IMG/VR virus record: IMGVR_UViG_3300036798_000053
Location: 1-28,244 of that record
Length of the DNA stretch: 28,244 bases
Direction: 5' to 3' (one strand)
Source: a virus
Lineage: Duplodnaviria; Caudoviricetes
Numbering within the stretch: position 1 is the first letter of the stretch; every line of letters begins with the position of its first letter. The position numbers and the translations under genes are program-made. Below are positions 15,676 through 24,968 of the stretch, piece after piece. The notes under the pieces were generated by a model. The model saw only the letters and a list, made by a program, of their open reading frames with translations. It ran no database searches and had not been told where the DNA came from.

Positions 15676-17609
15676 TTCGCCTCACTCCATCGCTGCACTA
15701 CATGGGCCTCGGCCACCAGCGGTACCGTAACCAGCGGTTCATCAGGCTCCCACGGGTCCTGTATCTGTTCCATGGCTTGCTTCACCAACATTAGCCCATC
15801 CTCTGCTTGATCTTCAGGTACTTCGACCACTACTTCATCGTGAACGACCATAAGGATATGTCCATTGACTTGTGGTAACTGGTCATAGAGGTTGAGCATG
15901 CCCAGCTTGAAGATGTCAGCTGCCGACCCCTGGATCATGGAGCTAATGGCCTGGCGCTCGGCACCCCACCGGACCTTCTCAACACCAGAGAAAAGCCCTG
16001 GTAGACGCCGCTTTCTGCCCAGCACTGTCTCTACGTAGGGAAGGACTTTACCCTTGCGATAGGTAGACCGGGCAATGGCAAGCACGTCCTGCTTCCAAGG
16101 ATTAACCCGGCGATAAGAGTCATAGAAGGCGTCACGCACCTGCTTAGCCACCTTGATGTCAGGGAAGCCGTAGCGCTTGACCAAGGTACCGGGCGCTGCT
16201 CCATACAAACAGGAGAAGTTCCCATTCTTAGCGAGGATGTACTGGGTAGGTGTGTAGTCAGCACCCCAGATCCTCTCAGCGAGCAGCTTGTGCAGAGAGA
16301 TACCTTGCTCGTACGCCTTTAGAAGGCGAGGGTCCTGGGTGTAGTGGGCCAGGATACGTAGCTCGATCTGTGACAGGTCACTGACGATCAGTACATGGCC
16401 GGGGCGGGCCATAAAGACCTGACGCAGCTGCTTGGCACGCTCAGTGCGGCTCGGCACCTGCTGGATGTTCGGCTCACGGCAGGACATACGACCGGACACG
16501 GCGCCCACCTGTTGGAAGGAGGGATGCACCTGTCCATCGGTAGCCCAGTTCTGGATTCCCTCCACGAAGGTGCCCTGCAGCTTGTTAAGTGCCGAATAGT
16601 CCAGCACCTTGGCCACGATGGGGTCCTTATCGTAGTGCTCCAGCACGTCCTTGGAAGTCTTGCGCTTACCGGTGGGAGTTAGCTCCTTAACCGGGTGGCC
16701 TAACGTGTCGTAGATCAGATCAGCTACTTGTTCGTTGGCGTTCAGGTTGACTTCCATGCCCGCCGCCTTGTCGATGGCCACCTTGTCCTTTGCCATTTCC
16801 ATGGCGAACTCACGTCCCAGCCGCTGGATCACATCGATGTCAATCTGGATGCCGGTGTCTTCCATGTCGATGATCACCGACAGGAGATCCATCTCCAGGT
16901 TCATGATGTCCCACATTTCCTCACGGTCCAGGCCTCGCTTGACCTTGAGCCAGAGAAGCCAGTCGTACTTGGCGTCCAGATACGAGTAGGTATGGGCAGC
17001 GGAGTACGGATGTACCTCGACCTCCTTGCCGATCTTCTCGTACTTGAAGTGGAAGGCTCTAGTAACGCACGTCTTCAGGTCGTAAGCCGGAAAGTTCTCG
17101 TTCACCAACCGGGACCCAATCTCTGTGTCCCCATACGGAGGGGGCGGCACCTTCCCTCCGTAGTACTTGGCCATAGAGCGCAGGTCGAACTTGAGATTGT
17201 GTCCGACCTTGCGCCGCTCAGAGAACAGCAGAGGCTCTAGCCCTTTAGCAACCTCAGATACCCACAGTTGCTTAGGCGGCGCCGTCCATTGGTCGGGCAG
17301 GTCATACCACTTTTCCCGCCCTGTATCAGGGTTAGTCCTGTGCTCCTGGTACTTGCCTTGCTTGTTGACCCGGTGAGTCTCGTCGTCCGTGTCGTATATG
17401 ACCCGTTCCCCGAGTGGATGACCACAGGGGATGACATCGGCTCTACCGGGGCCAGCCAGGCTAACCCAAAAGACTTCGTTACGTAGGGGATTAAGTCGTC
17501 CCTGTTTGGTGGGGGCGACGGTCTCGACATCGATGACGAACTCGTCAAAAGCCTTGTAGGCTTCAACGACCTCTCTAAGTTGGGCTGCGGTAAGGACCCC
17601 ATCGGGCAT
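15672..17609 (-). CDS. polA: Family A DNA polymerase (3'-5' exonuclease plus polymerase, no 5' nuclease)
   Basis: DVET, HNLKFD and Y..LDA exo motifs; SGRMSCREPNIQ; DLSQIELR (A); AKNGNFSCLYG (B); VHDE (C). Confidence 0.97.
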   Translation of the reverse strand: MPDGVLTAAQLREVVEAYKAFDEFVIDVETVAPTKQGRLNPLRNEVFWVSLAGPGRADVIPCGHPLGERVIYDTDDETHRVNKQGKYQEHRTNPDTGREKWYDLPDQWTAPPKQLWVSEVAKGLEPLLFSERRKVGHNLKFDLRSMAKYYGGKVPPPPYGDTEIGSRLVNENFPAYDLKTCVTRAFHFKYEKIGKEVEVHPYSAAHTYSYLDAKYDWLLWLKVKRGLDREEMWDIMNLEMDLLSVIIDMEDTGIQIDIDVIQRLGREFAMEMAKDKVAIDKAAGMEVNLNANEQVADLIYDTLGHPVKELTPTGKRKTSKDVLEHYDKDPIVAKVLDYSALNKLQGTFVEGIQNWATDGQVHPSFQQVGAVSGRMSCREPNIQQVPSRTERAKQLRQVFMARPGHVLIVSDLSQIELRILAHYTQDPRLLKAYEQGISLHKLLAERIWGADYTPTQYILAKNGNFSCLYGAAPGTLVKRYGFPDIKVAKQVRDAFYDSYRRVNPWKQDVLAIARSTYRKGKVLPYVETVLGRKRRLPGLFSGVEKVRWGAERQAISSMIQGSAADIFKLGMLNLYDQLPQVNGHILMVVHDEVVVEVPEDQAEDGLMLVKQAMEQIQDPWEPDEPLVTVPLVAEAHVVQRWSEAK

Positions 17610-17619
17610 ATTGTATGCC

Positions 17620-18579
17620 CTAGTCGTCTACAGGTTCGTCCAGATACTTGGCCAACTTCTCCAGTTCCCGGCGTGAGGTTGCCTTGGGGGAGACATCCTC
17701 AATGGTGTATAGGTCGTCCAGCGCCTCTTCGATGATGCTGTCCAGATCCTGGAAATCGAAGTACTCAAATATCTCGTTCCAGTCATCCTCAAGGTCACGG
17801 TCCTTCACCTTGGTGAACTTTGTGCGGGTCTGGAATCCCTTGCCCGACTTCTTCAGCGAGGCAAAGTCAACATCGATGATCGGGTTACCGGTCTTGCGAT
17901 CCTTGAACACTTCCTTGAGATCGTTGTAGGCCGAGGTATTGATCTGCAGGGCCTTGGCCTCAGGGAAGCCGCCACCTGACAGGTGCAGGACATTGAAGAT
18001 GTAGTAGCCAGAAGGGTTGTCCCCCTGTCCACACACCGGGCACTTGGAGCCGGGGCAGAGGTACGGACGAGACCTGCGCTCATCACCTGCTGAGTCCAGC
18101 CAGTGCTGGCGGAAGCTGGTGAGCGGGGCATCCTCAAGAAACCTGATCAGCTCCACGTGGTCCCCGATCTTCAGCCAGTTGACATCCCCACCACCGCCTG
18201 AACGGGTGGTCTGGTCTGCGCCATCCCAGCCAGTGCGGACGCCTTCAGGCACGTCACTCTTCTTGCTGCGGCTGCTGCGAGAAGGACGCTCGTCCTCCTC
18301 TTCCCTCTTGACACGGCGGCGAGGAGGCTCATCGTCATCGTCCCTAACATGCTCTTCTGACCTACGAGAACGGCGGGGAGGCTCGTCGTCTTCATCCTCG
18401 TCGTCACGGTCGTCGTCACGGTCCTGGCTTGAGGAGTGCTTGACCGGCTCACGCTCACGGCGAGTGCGGGGTGGTCGCTCTTCCTCTTCATCTTCCGTGG
18501 TCTCGTCCTCATCACGGACACGGTCACGTCGCCGGTTGGCAACGGTGTCCTCAGAGCTGCGGCGTCGTACAGTTGGCAT
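17620..18579 (-). CDS. Single-stranded DNA-binding protein with long N-terminal R/D/E low-complexity region
   Basis: IRFLED...QHW...C..CPVC...FNVL pattern of gp32-like phage SSBs; adjacent to polA. Confidence 0.75.
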   Translation of the reverse strand: MPTVRRRSSEDTVANRRRDRVRDEDETTEDEEEERPPRTRREREPVKHSSSQDRDDDRDDEDEDDEPPRRSRRSEEHVRDDDDEPPRRRVKREEEDERPSRSSRSKKSDVPEGVRTGWDGADQTTRSGGGGDVNWLKIGDHVELIRFLEDAPLTSFRQHWLDSAGDERRSRPYLCPGSKCPVCGQGDNPSGYYIFNVLHLSGGGFPEAKALQINTSAYNDLKEVFKDRKTGNPIIDVDFASLKKSGKGFQTRTKFTKVKDRDLEDDWNEIFEYFDFQDLDSIIEEALDDLYTIEDVSPKATSRRELEKLAKYLDEPVDD

Positions 18580-18590
18580 TGTTTCTCCTA

Positions 18591-18941
18591 TCAGGGCGTC
18601 CGACCAAGGATGCCATGGGCTTCATTGATGAATCGTCTTGAGAATGGCTTGCGATAGTTGGGGTTTATGACACCCTCTTCCTCAGCTAGCTGGATCATAG
18701 CGAGTACTTGTGACTCGGTGTACAGCCAGGGGTTGGGATAAGAGGGGAGCCGAATCTTCGGCTTACAGATAATACCCTTCCGCTCCATGGCACGAATCGA
18801 TGCCACGCTCCGGTTAAGGGCAAGGGCCAGGCCTGCACGCTCAAAGAAGATCACGATCTGGCCGTGATAGTCCAGGGCATGCCATTTGCCGTCCCATGAG
18901 TACTGGGGTTGGTATAGAGCGGGACGCTTACGCCGAGGCAT
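18591..18941 (-). CDS. MerR-like helix-turn-helix DNA-binding protein
   Basis: LALALNRSVASIRAMERKGII..P...LYTESQV; start trimmed to ATG 18941 with AGGAGG RBS. Confidence 0.8.
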   Translation of the reverse strand: MPRRKRPALYQPQYSWDGKWHALDYHGQIVIFFERAGLALALNRSVASIRAMERKGIICKPKIRLPSYPNPWLYTESQVLAMIQLAEEEGVINPNYRKPFSRRFINEAHGILGRTP

Positions 18942-19335
18942 CTGCCTCCTGAGGCCGAGGCCCCTTACGGTCTGAATGAACACACTGTGCATCGTTAGCT
19001 CTGATCAACATGCTCGCCTTGGTAGGAGCGTGCCTAATATCGTCCAGGGCTTGAACGAGCAACTGTTCGGTCTCCCGCTCAAAGGCACGGCACTCCTCCA
19101 GCTTGCGAATAGCCGCACGCATCTTGACGATCTTCTCCTCCAGCTGATGGATTCGTTCGTTCTTCTCACTACCTGCCAATGCCCTAGTGCTGTCAAGCAA
19201 GCTGTCCAAAACATCAGCCTCTTGTGCTGACTGCTCCACCCAATCAGTCAAGCTGCTTATGACTCCCCAAAGCCTTTGATACTCAGCTGACTCATGGCGC
19301 AATCGGTCGATTAGTTCTTGGGTCTGGTCGTCCAT
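18928..19335 (-). CDS. Coiled-coil hypothetical protein
   Basis: TAAGGAG RBS; heptad pattern. Confidence 0.75.
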   Translation of the reverse strand: MDDQTQELIDRLRHESAEYQRLWGVISSLTDWVEQSAQEADVLDSLLDSTRALAGSEKNERIHQLEEKIVKMRAAIRKLEECRAFERETEQLLVQALDDIRHAPTKASMLIRANDAQCVHSDRKGPRPQEADASA

Positions 19336-19523
19336 TCACTCTCCTTAAGACATGCATATGGCGGCTCCCCACACATAGTCCATGGTGGGTGACCGTGTTC
19401 CTCTTTGAACCGATGGATGAAATCATGGTTGACACCGTGGTGGCAACCACACATGCACTCTGACTCTTCGGCGGTACAGAAGGCGTGCTGACCCTTCTGG
19501 CACCATGGCGTGCGCTCAGCCAC
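19311..19523 (-). CDS. Small Cys/His-rich protein
   Basis: C..G.H..C....C.C.CH; GTG start in a TAGTG overlap with AGGAG RBS. Confidence 0.65.
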   Translation of the reverse strand: MAERTPWCQKGQHAFCTAEESECMCGCHHGVNHDFIHRFKEEHGHPPWTMCGEPPYACLKESEWTTRPKN

Positions 19524-20065
19524 TACTTCAGCTCCTGAGGCACGAAGGCCCACGATTCGGTCTGGTCGATGAGCGTGTTCTCGTACTCCTTCTCGGAGAT
19601 TACCTTCTTGAGGTAGAGAGCGGACACGGCATCCGGGTCAGCCTCCACGGTGAAGACCACGTTGGGACAGGAGATCCTGAGGGCTTCCAGGTGCTTCTCC
19701 TGCTCTTCTGTCATCCACAGGTTCTTCTTCCGCAGCAGCTCCTCGGCCAGCTCAGGGTCAGGGGTAGGGGCCGCAGGACTAAGGCGGCGCTCGGCCTTGA
19801 GACTCTCATAGACCTGGGTCTTGCGGCCCTCGCTGTACTCCACCGGGGCGGGAAAGGTCCACAGGAAGTGCCCGCCTTCGATCTCCTCCCCAAACTCCAT
19901 GATGGCTGCCACCATGGAACCTTCCTTGGGGTTCTTGCCGCTGCCTCCCTCTCCGACCCGGAGCAGGTCCAGGCGCTTGGCGACCAGCTCATTCTGGCCC
20001 TTGAGCGTGCGCCACTCCTTGAAGCGGCGGGTAAAGGGGAAGGACTTCGTGGCAACTGTTGGCAT
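19523..20065 (-). CDS. Hypothetical phage protein
   Basis: GAAAGGA RBS before ATG 20065; ends WAFVP. Confidence 0.8.
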   Translation of the reverse strand: MPTVATKSFPFTRRFKEWRTLKGQNELVAKRLDLLRVGEGGSGKNPKEGSMVAAIMEFGEEIEGGHFLWTFPAPVEYSEGRKTQVYESLKAERRLSPAAPTPDPELAEELLRKKNLWMTEEQEKHLEALRISCPNVVFTVEADPDAVSALYLKKVISEKEYENTLIDQTESWAFVPQELK

Positions 20066-20114
20066 TGGTGTTCCTTTCAATAGTTTGACCTTAGCACCCT
20101 ACCAGGGCGGTGTA

Positions 20115-21659
20115 TCAGACCGTTCCTTCCAGGAAATCGGCCAGGCCCATGGCGGTCAGCTGATACTGGCCCTGCTTGTCATAGCCACCATCGATGAAGG
20201 CACCGGCCACCCCGATCTTCTGGAGCAGGTGGTCCAACATCCACTCTTCGATACTATCACGCATGACCATCTTAATCAGCGTGATCTCGTCCCACTCCGA
20301 TGAAATCCTATCGATGCGGGCTTCTCTTTGCTTGAGTTTGCCAGCTGACCAAGGTAGGTCGTACGAGATAAGGTAGTTCGCAGCAGGTAGATCCACCCCG
20401 ATGCCACCAGCGTCGGAGGAGAGCAGAACCCGACAGGTTGGATCGGCCTGGAAGTGGTCTCTGGCCTTCTCTCGCTCTTCGGTTGTGAAGTCTCCGGTGA
20501 AGTACTCAAGGCTCACTCCTTTCAGTTGTTCGCCTATGAGATTTAGCATAGGCTTGAAGAATGAGAATAGGACGATTTTATTGGACGGATCAGCGGAAAG
20601 AATGTCTTCAACGACTTCTTTCGTTGCCCGCAGTTTCGGTGAGGGCTTATCAACTTGACCCAGCTGACCCGTTTGACGCAGAAGTGCTGCGTATTTCGAC
20701 CCAGCTTGCGAGTCAGGATCGTCATACTTCTCAGCCGAGTACTCCAACAGTTTAGGGTGATCGCACAGCATGCGCAGGGCCATCAGCCGGGGCATGACCT
20801 CACCGTTCATCCACCCTTCACCTGTGCCTGAGTAGTGGTCCAAGATGTTCCAGCTGCTGTAAGCACTGGAACCACGGATGGTGCTCACTAACTCCTTGCC
20901 GATCCTGTCGTACACCTTCTGAGTAGCGGGGTCCATGTCAATGATGTACTCCTCCTGCACGATCTTGGGCATGTTCGACTTCACATCGGGGTCGGAACGC
21001 TTCTTACGGTGCATGGCGTCCTGCATAAGGTCACGCAGCCGCTCAAGGTTCTTATAGTGCTTGACACCGCCCCACTGGTTGCGGACCACGAACAGCTTGT
21101 CGAACACGGCGGCATTGCCCAACACGTCAGGGTCGATCCACTTCATGATGTGGTACAGCTCTTCAGGCCGGTTCTCTATGGGCTGGCCTGACAGACCAAA
21201 CTTATAGGGAGCCTCTATGCGCCGCACGTGGCGGGTGCGCTTGGCAGAAGGAGACTTTATGTAGGTGATCTCGTCACATACCACAGCATCCCAGGCGAAG
21301 TGTCGGAGCGTGTCCCAGTCACTGACCACCTGCTCGTAGTTCATGATCGTGTATTCGATCTCACCACGGCGCAGGACCCGGTACTGCGCCCAGCGCTCGG
21401 CCTTGTTACCTTCGATGACCTTCACCAGGCCACCGTCTGTGAACCGCTTCACGGCCTTAGCCCACTGCCACTTGACCGAAGCGGGACAGATAACGAGAAC
21501 TTGTTCAATCTCACCGCTGTCGATCAGCTCCTCAACGGCGGCGATGGTGGTGACGGTCTTGCCCAGGCCCATGTCATGGGCAACGAGCAGAGACTGCCGC
21601 TCCAGCATCCTGTCCACGCACTCGTCCTGATGCGTGTATAGCTCAGCGTTCTGGAGCAC
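20115..21659 (-). CDS. SNF2-family (SF2) helicase
   Basis: DMGLGKT, ICPAS, NYE, CDE, LSG.PIEN, GG.GVDL, DLPW, Q...R..R; start trimmed to GTG 21659. Confidence 0.95.
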   Translation of the reverse strand: MLQNAELYTHQDECVDRMLERQSLLVAHDMGLGKTVTTIAAVEELIDSGEIEQVLVICPASVKWQWAKAVKRFTDGGLVKVIEGNKAERWAQYRVLRRGEIEYTIMNYEQVVSDWDTLRHFAWDAVVCDEITYIKSPSAKRTRHVRRIEAPYKFGLSGQPIENRPEELYHIMKWIDPDVLGNAAVFDKLFVVRNQWGGVKHYKNLERLRDLMQDAMHRKKRSDPDVKSNMPKIVQEEYIIDMDPATQKVYDRIGKELVSTIRGSSAYSSWNILDHYSGTGEGWMNGEVMPRLMALRMLCDHPKLLEYSAEKYDDPDSQAGSKYAALLRQTGQLGQVDKPSPKLRATKEVVEDILSADPSNKIVLFSFFKPMLNLIGEQLKGVSLEYFTGDFTTEEREKARDHFQADPTCRVLLSSDAGGIGVDLPAANYLISYDLPWSAGKLKQREARIDRISSEWDEITLIKMVMRDSIEEWMLDHLLQKIGVAGAFIDGGYDKQGQYQLTAMGLADFLEGTV

Positions 21660-22539
21660 CAAACACGTCCACCAGCTGTTCATCGGTCATGTCACCGGGG
21701 TCTTTGATGTCGCCGTCCCATTCAGCCAGATGGACCGGCATCCTCCGGTACAGCTGCGGCCAAATCTTCTGTGTCTGCTCCACCCCAGCCAGGTCATTGT
21801 CCAAAGCCAGTGTCAGCCTGTCGAACTTGGCCTCCAAGAGAGTGATCTGATAGTGCGACACCATGGCACCGTAGGAAGCCACGGCAGGGATGCCCACTGT
21901 AGCCATGCGCACCACGTCCAGCGGAGACTCCACCAACACGGCCTCTCGGCCATTGTCCAGCTGGTTCATGCCAAAGAGGGTACGAGACTTCTTAAGTCCG
22001 GGCGGGTAGTTATTAACGACAGCTTCTCGCTTGAACTGCCAACCCCAGAAGTCCTCAGTCACGTCCTGCACTCTGCGGGGTGACCATATAGGAATGATCC
22101 ATCCCTGCTTCCATCTAATGCCAAAGGTTTGCGCCGCATCCCTACTGATCCGCTTCTCTTCCAGCGCCCAGTCCGGCACGTCACCGAAGGACGAGTACTT
22201 GGCATAGAGATAGAAAGGGTCCTCTGGCTCCTGGCGCAGAGACTCTTCAAGTTCAATGAGCGGTGCAGGCCTCAGCTTTGGGGGATGGAACCTACTACGT
22301 TTGACTTGTCTGATGGCCTGATCGGGATCAGTAACGCCGCCAATCTGCTCCAACAAGTGTGTAAGCGTGCCAGAACGGCCACACTGATAGCAGATCCACA
22401 ACCCTGTGTCCGAGTTGATAGAGAACGAAGGGTGACTGTCAGAGTGAAATGGGCAGTGACAGGAAATCTCCCGCCCACTGTTCACTACCTTGATGTCAAG
22501 ATCCTCCAGAATCTGATCAAGGTTCGTCAGGTTCTTCAA
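21643..22539 (-). CDS. DNA primase (CHC2 zinc finger plus TOPRIM)
   Basis: CPFHSDSHPSFS...CYQC; LVESPLD; ALDNDLAG; KDPGD. Start approximate (TTG 22539). Confidence 0.93.
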   Translation of the reverse strand: MKNLTNLDQILEDLDIKVVNSGREISCHCPFHSDSHPSFSINSDTGLWICYQCGRSGTLTHLLEQIGGVTDPDQAIRQVKRSRFHPPKLRPAPLIELEESLRQEPEDPFYLYAKYSSFGDVPDWALEEKRISRDAAQTFGIRWKQGWIIPIWSPRRVQDVTEDFWGWQFKREAVVNNYPPGLKKSRTLFGMNQLDNGREAVLVESPLDVVRMATVGIPAVASYGAMVSHYQITLLEAKFDRLTLALDNDLAGVEQTQKIWPQLYRRMPVHLAEWDGDIKDPGDMTDEQLVDVFGAPER

Positions 22540-23755
22540 TGCATTCTGTTTCTTCAAAGCTGCTCTCCTCCCAGCCGCATGCGATAAACGTTTCTGCCGG
22601 TGACACATTGCGCCCTGCCACGATCCTTAGCTTGATCAGTGGCGCTGTCTCGTCCCTCTCAGCACCGATAACCAGGTCCGCATCCTGTGACCAAGACGAT
22701 GACCATCCCAAGCTGTGCAGCGTGACCTTACCGGTTTTGTCCATCTTACCACTCAATGCCTGCATCGTGCCCACAAGCGGGATCTTCACCCGCTGAGCAA
22801 GGCGCTTCATGGACCGGGAGAGGGACGTGTAGGCCGATGCTGTGCCTGGCTGGTGACCGGCCTCGTTCTCCATGAGGTAGATACCGTCCACGAATACGAT
22901 GTCCGGGCGATGCTCATCTATCTTGCCGGACAGGCCAGAGGGAGTAGTGGTGGCCGTGATATCCGCTGAGCAGATGAACAAGCCGTCACGGTTCTCCTGA
23001 GCCTTCATCCCACGACGCAGCAACTTCATGTCATTGTCGTCCAGCTTGTTGCGGAGCAGCTTGTTGGAGTTGATTCCACAAGTTATGCCGTCATAGCGAG
23101 CCATCTGCTCCTTGAGGCTCATCTCAAACGTGATGAACAAGACCTTCTTGCCCGCTTCTTGAGCTGCAACAGCTGACTTCATCATGAGCCATGACTTGCC
23201 CGCCTTGGCCTGACCGGCAAAGAGGATGAACTGCTCATCATGGAATCCCCCCGTGAGATGATCGAAGGTTTCAAACCCTGTAGGGATACCGGTCATTTCA
23301 TCAGAGTGCATGCGCATCTCGTCGTACTCGTCATACCTACTGCGCCATTCTGTTGTAGCAACTAGGTCATTGAGAGAGCTGACTTCTGACCCCACACGGC
23401 TAAGGGTCTGGGACATACGATCCTTGGCCAGCTTTAAGTCGCCGTCTTCTAGGGCTTCATGCAGATCGATCTCACCATCCACCAAGAGGGTGCGCTCTCG
23501 GGTAGCACGGAACCGATCCACATAGAACTGATATGGCTCCTCCACGTCCAGCAGCTTGTAAGTGGGAAACTCAAGATGAAGAGCATCAGCAGTCGGTGTC
23601 TTGTTGTACCGGTTGTAGTAGTCCACCATCCAGATATAGACCCGGCGTGGTTCCTCATCCTCAAACCAGTTCTCTTTAATGCCGCCGCTAAGGGCAGGGG
23701 TGAAGTCACCTTCTGCAACGATCTTGGAGATAAGTCGCTTTGCTACGTCAGCCAC
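22517..23755 (-). CDS. dnaB: DnaB-like replicative helicase
   Basis: GIPTGF..FD..TGG, GQAKAGKS, FEMS, FVDGIYLM, QDADLVI. Confidence 0.95.
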   Translation of the reverse strand: MADVAKRLISKIVAEGDFTPALSGGIKENWFEDEEPRRVYIWMVDYYNRYNKTPTADALHLEFPTYKLLDVEEPYQFYVDRFRATRERTLLVDGEIDLHEALEDGDLKLAKDRMSQTLSRVGSEVSSLNDLVATTEWRSRYDEYDEMRMHSDEMTGIPTGFETFDHLTGGFHDEQFILFAGQAKAGKSWLMMKSAVAAQEAGKKVLFITFEMSLKEQMARYDGITCGINSNKLLRNKLDDNDMKLLRRGMKAQENRDGLFICSADITATTTPSGLSGKIDEHRPDIVFVDGIYLMENEAGHQPGTASAYTSLSRSMKRLAQRVKIPLVGTMQALSGKMDKTGKVTLHSLGWSSSWSQDADLVIGAERDETAPLIKLRIVAGRNVSPAETFIACGWEESSFEETECIEEPDEP

Positions 23756-24164
23756 GGGGCATCTCTCTCACTTTGTATCCATACGCATAGCGATGGTGTG
23801 GGTCAGGATCATAGACAGTGGTCACTGACTTATCCATCGCCAGGTTCTGTTGCAGGTTCTTGAAGTCGCCGCCTATCACGTCACGCACCGGCAAGTCCAT
23901 GTCCCATAGCCGGTCGGCCAGCACACGGGCGAAGCCATTGGAATGCCAGGTAAGTACCTCCACTGGTATGTTGTACCGACTCATAAGATCATGCATGTAG
24001 TTACATACACGTACGTCGAAGGCCCAGTATTCCAGAGCATCCTCCCAGTGGTGGCGGCGCAAGGCCCACTTCTCTGCCTTAGGTCGGAAGCAGGTGGCAA
24101 TCAGACCGTCGAACACGAACACAGTAGCCGCACGGCTGTCTATTGCTAGGTCCCCTCGTTCCAC
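23748..24164 (-). CDS. Hypothetical protein, possible degenerate HAD-like fold
   Basis: VFVFDGLIA N-terminal strand; lies between loader and helicase. Confidence 0.65.
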   Translation of the reverse strand: MERGDLAIDSRAATVFVFDGLIATCFRPKAEKWALRRHHWEDALEYWAFDVRVCNYMHDLMSRYNIPVEVLTWHSNGFARVLADRLWDMDLPVRDVIGGDFKNLQQNLAMDKSVTTVYDPDPHHRYAYGYKVREMPRG

Positions 24165-24806
24165 TTAGTCGGTGAACTTTATGATCTCGGAAGTACGTTC
24201 AATGAAAGACCGCATCGACTCAGAGTAACAGGACTCCCATCGGGACGGCGGCATGTTGGAGGTAAAAATCGTGTAAAGCCCATTGTTAAAACGGTTGCGC
24301 ACCAGCAGATCGAAGGTATCGATGGAGAAGTCGGTGCCCGTGGCATGCTCCTTGCCCACGTCATCGATAACCAACCACTTGGCTCGGTCGGACAGGCCCT
24401 CCAGCAGGTCGGTCAGCTCTGCCCAGGCAACGTCATCCTTGTCTCTGAGGTTGAAGGACCGGAGATGCATCGTGATCAGCTCGGCCAGCTGCACGAAGTA
24501 CACCGGATAGAAGTTCTGGCGTAGCACACGCACTGACTCAGGGGGCAGATCCTTCCCGGTCTTCGTACGAAACTCCCAGAGTCGTTGTCGCTCGTTCAAG
24601 CTGGCAACAGCCAGGAATGTCTTACCAAGACCGGGCTTACCATACAGCAGGAGATTGGGCCGTTCTTTGGTCGGACGCCACTCTCTAATGGTTTTGTAGA
24701 TGCCACGTCGAATGGGTCCATCTGTTCCCGTGGTTCTGAAATCTTGATAACCGATGTCTCTGAACGCTGTTGGAATGTGGGGGTCAGCGAGCAGAAGATC
24801 AGCCAT
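24165..24806 (-). CDS. DnaC/IstB-like AAA+ helicase loader
   Basis: GKPGLGKT, LVIDDVGKE, R.R...TIFTSN; GAAAGG RBS. Confidence 0.92.
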   Translation of the reverse strand: MADLLLADPHIPTAFRDIGYQDFRTTGTDGPIRRGIYKTIREWRPTKERPNLLLYGKPGLGKTFLAVASLNERQRLWEFRTKTGKDLPPESVRVLRQNFYPVYFVQLAELITMHLRSFNLRDKDDVAWAELTDLLEGLSDRAKWLVIDDVGKEHATGTDFSIDTFDLLVRNRFNNGLYTIFTSNMPPSRWESCYSESMRSFIERTSEIIKFTD

Positions 24807-24847
24807 AGCAGAACCTTTCGTAAAGAGGGTAGAGAGAAGAGTGTAGT

Positions 24848-24968
24848 GCCGGTCATAGGTTGATCCCCGGCAAGGGCCAACCTATGACCGGCTGCTGCAG
24901 CAGGCGACGGCTCCCACTGCAACGTAACCAGCAAGTCGGGGGAAGGGAACCCCGCACTCAACTGGTTA
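24848..24968 (-). other. Three abutting stem-loops filling the intergenic region (structured RNA or ssDNA signal)
   Basis: H1 24925-24968, H2 24894-24923, H3 24848-24892 (15-bp perfect arms GCCGGTCATAGGTTG/CAACCTATGACCGGC), separated by single nucleotides. Confidence 0.75.

Noticed and set aside
20081-20114. Promoter with TGnTAAGGT extended -10 in the short gap after the SNF2 gene
   Set aside because: Plausible, but there is no convincing -35 and no second copy was noticed; too weak to call.
24848-24968. tRNA or simple intrinsic terminator
   Set aside because: No acceptor stem, TTC loop or CCA end; no U-tract immediately after the last stem. Kept as an unclassified structure.
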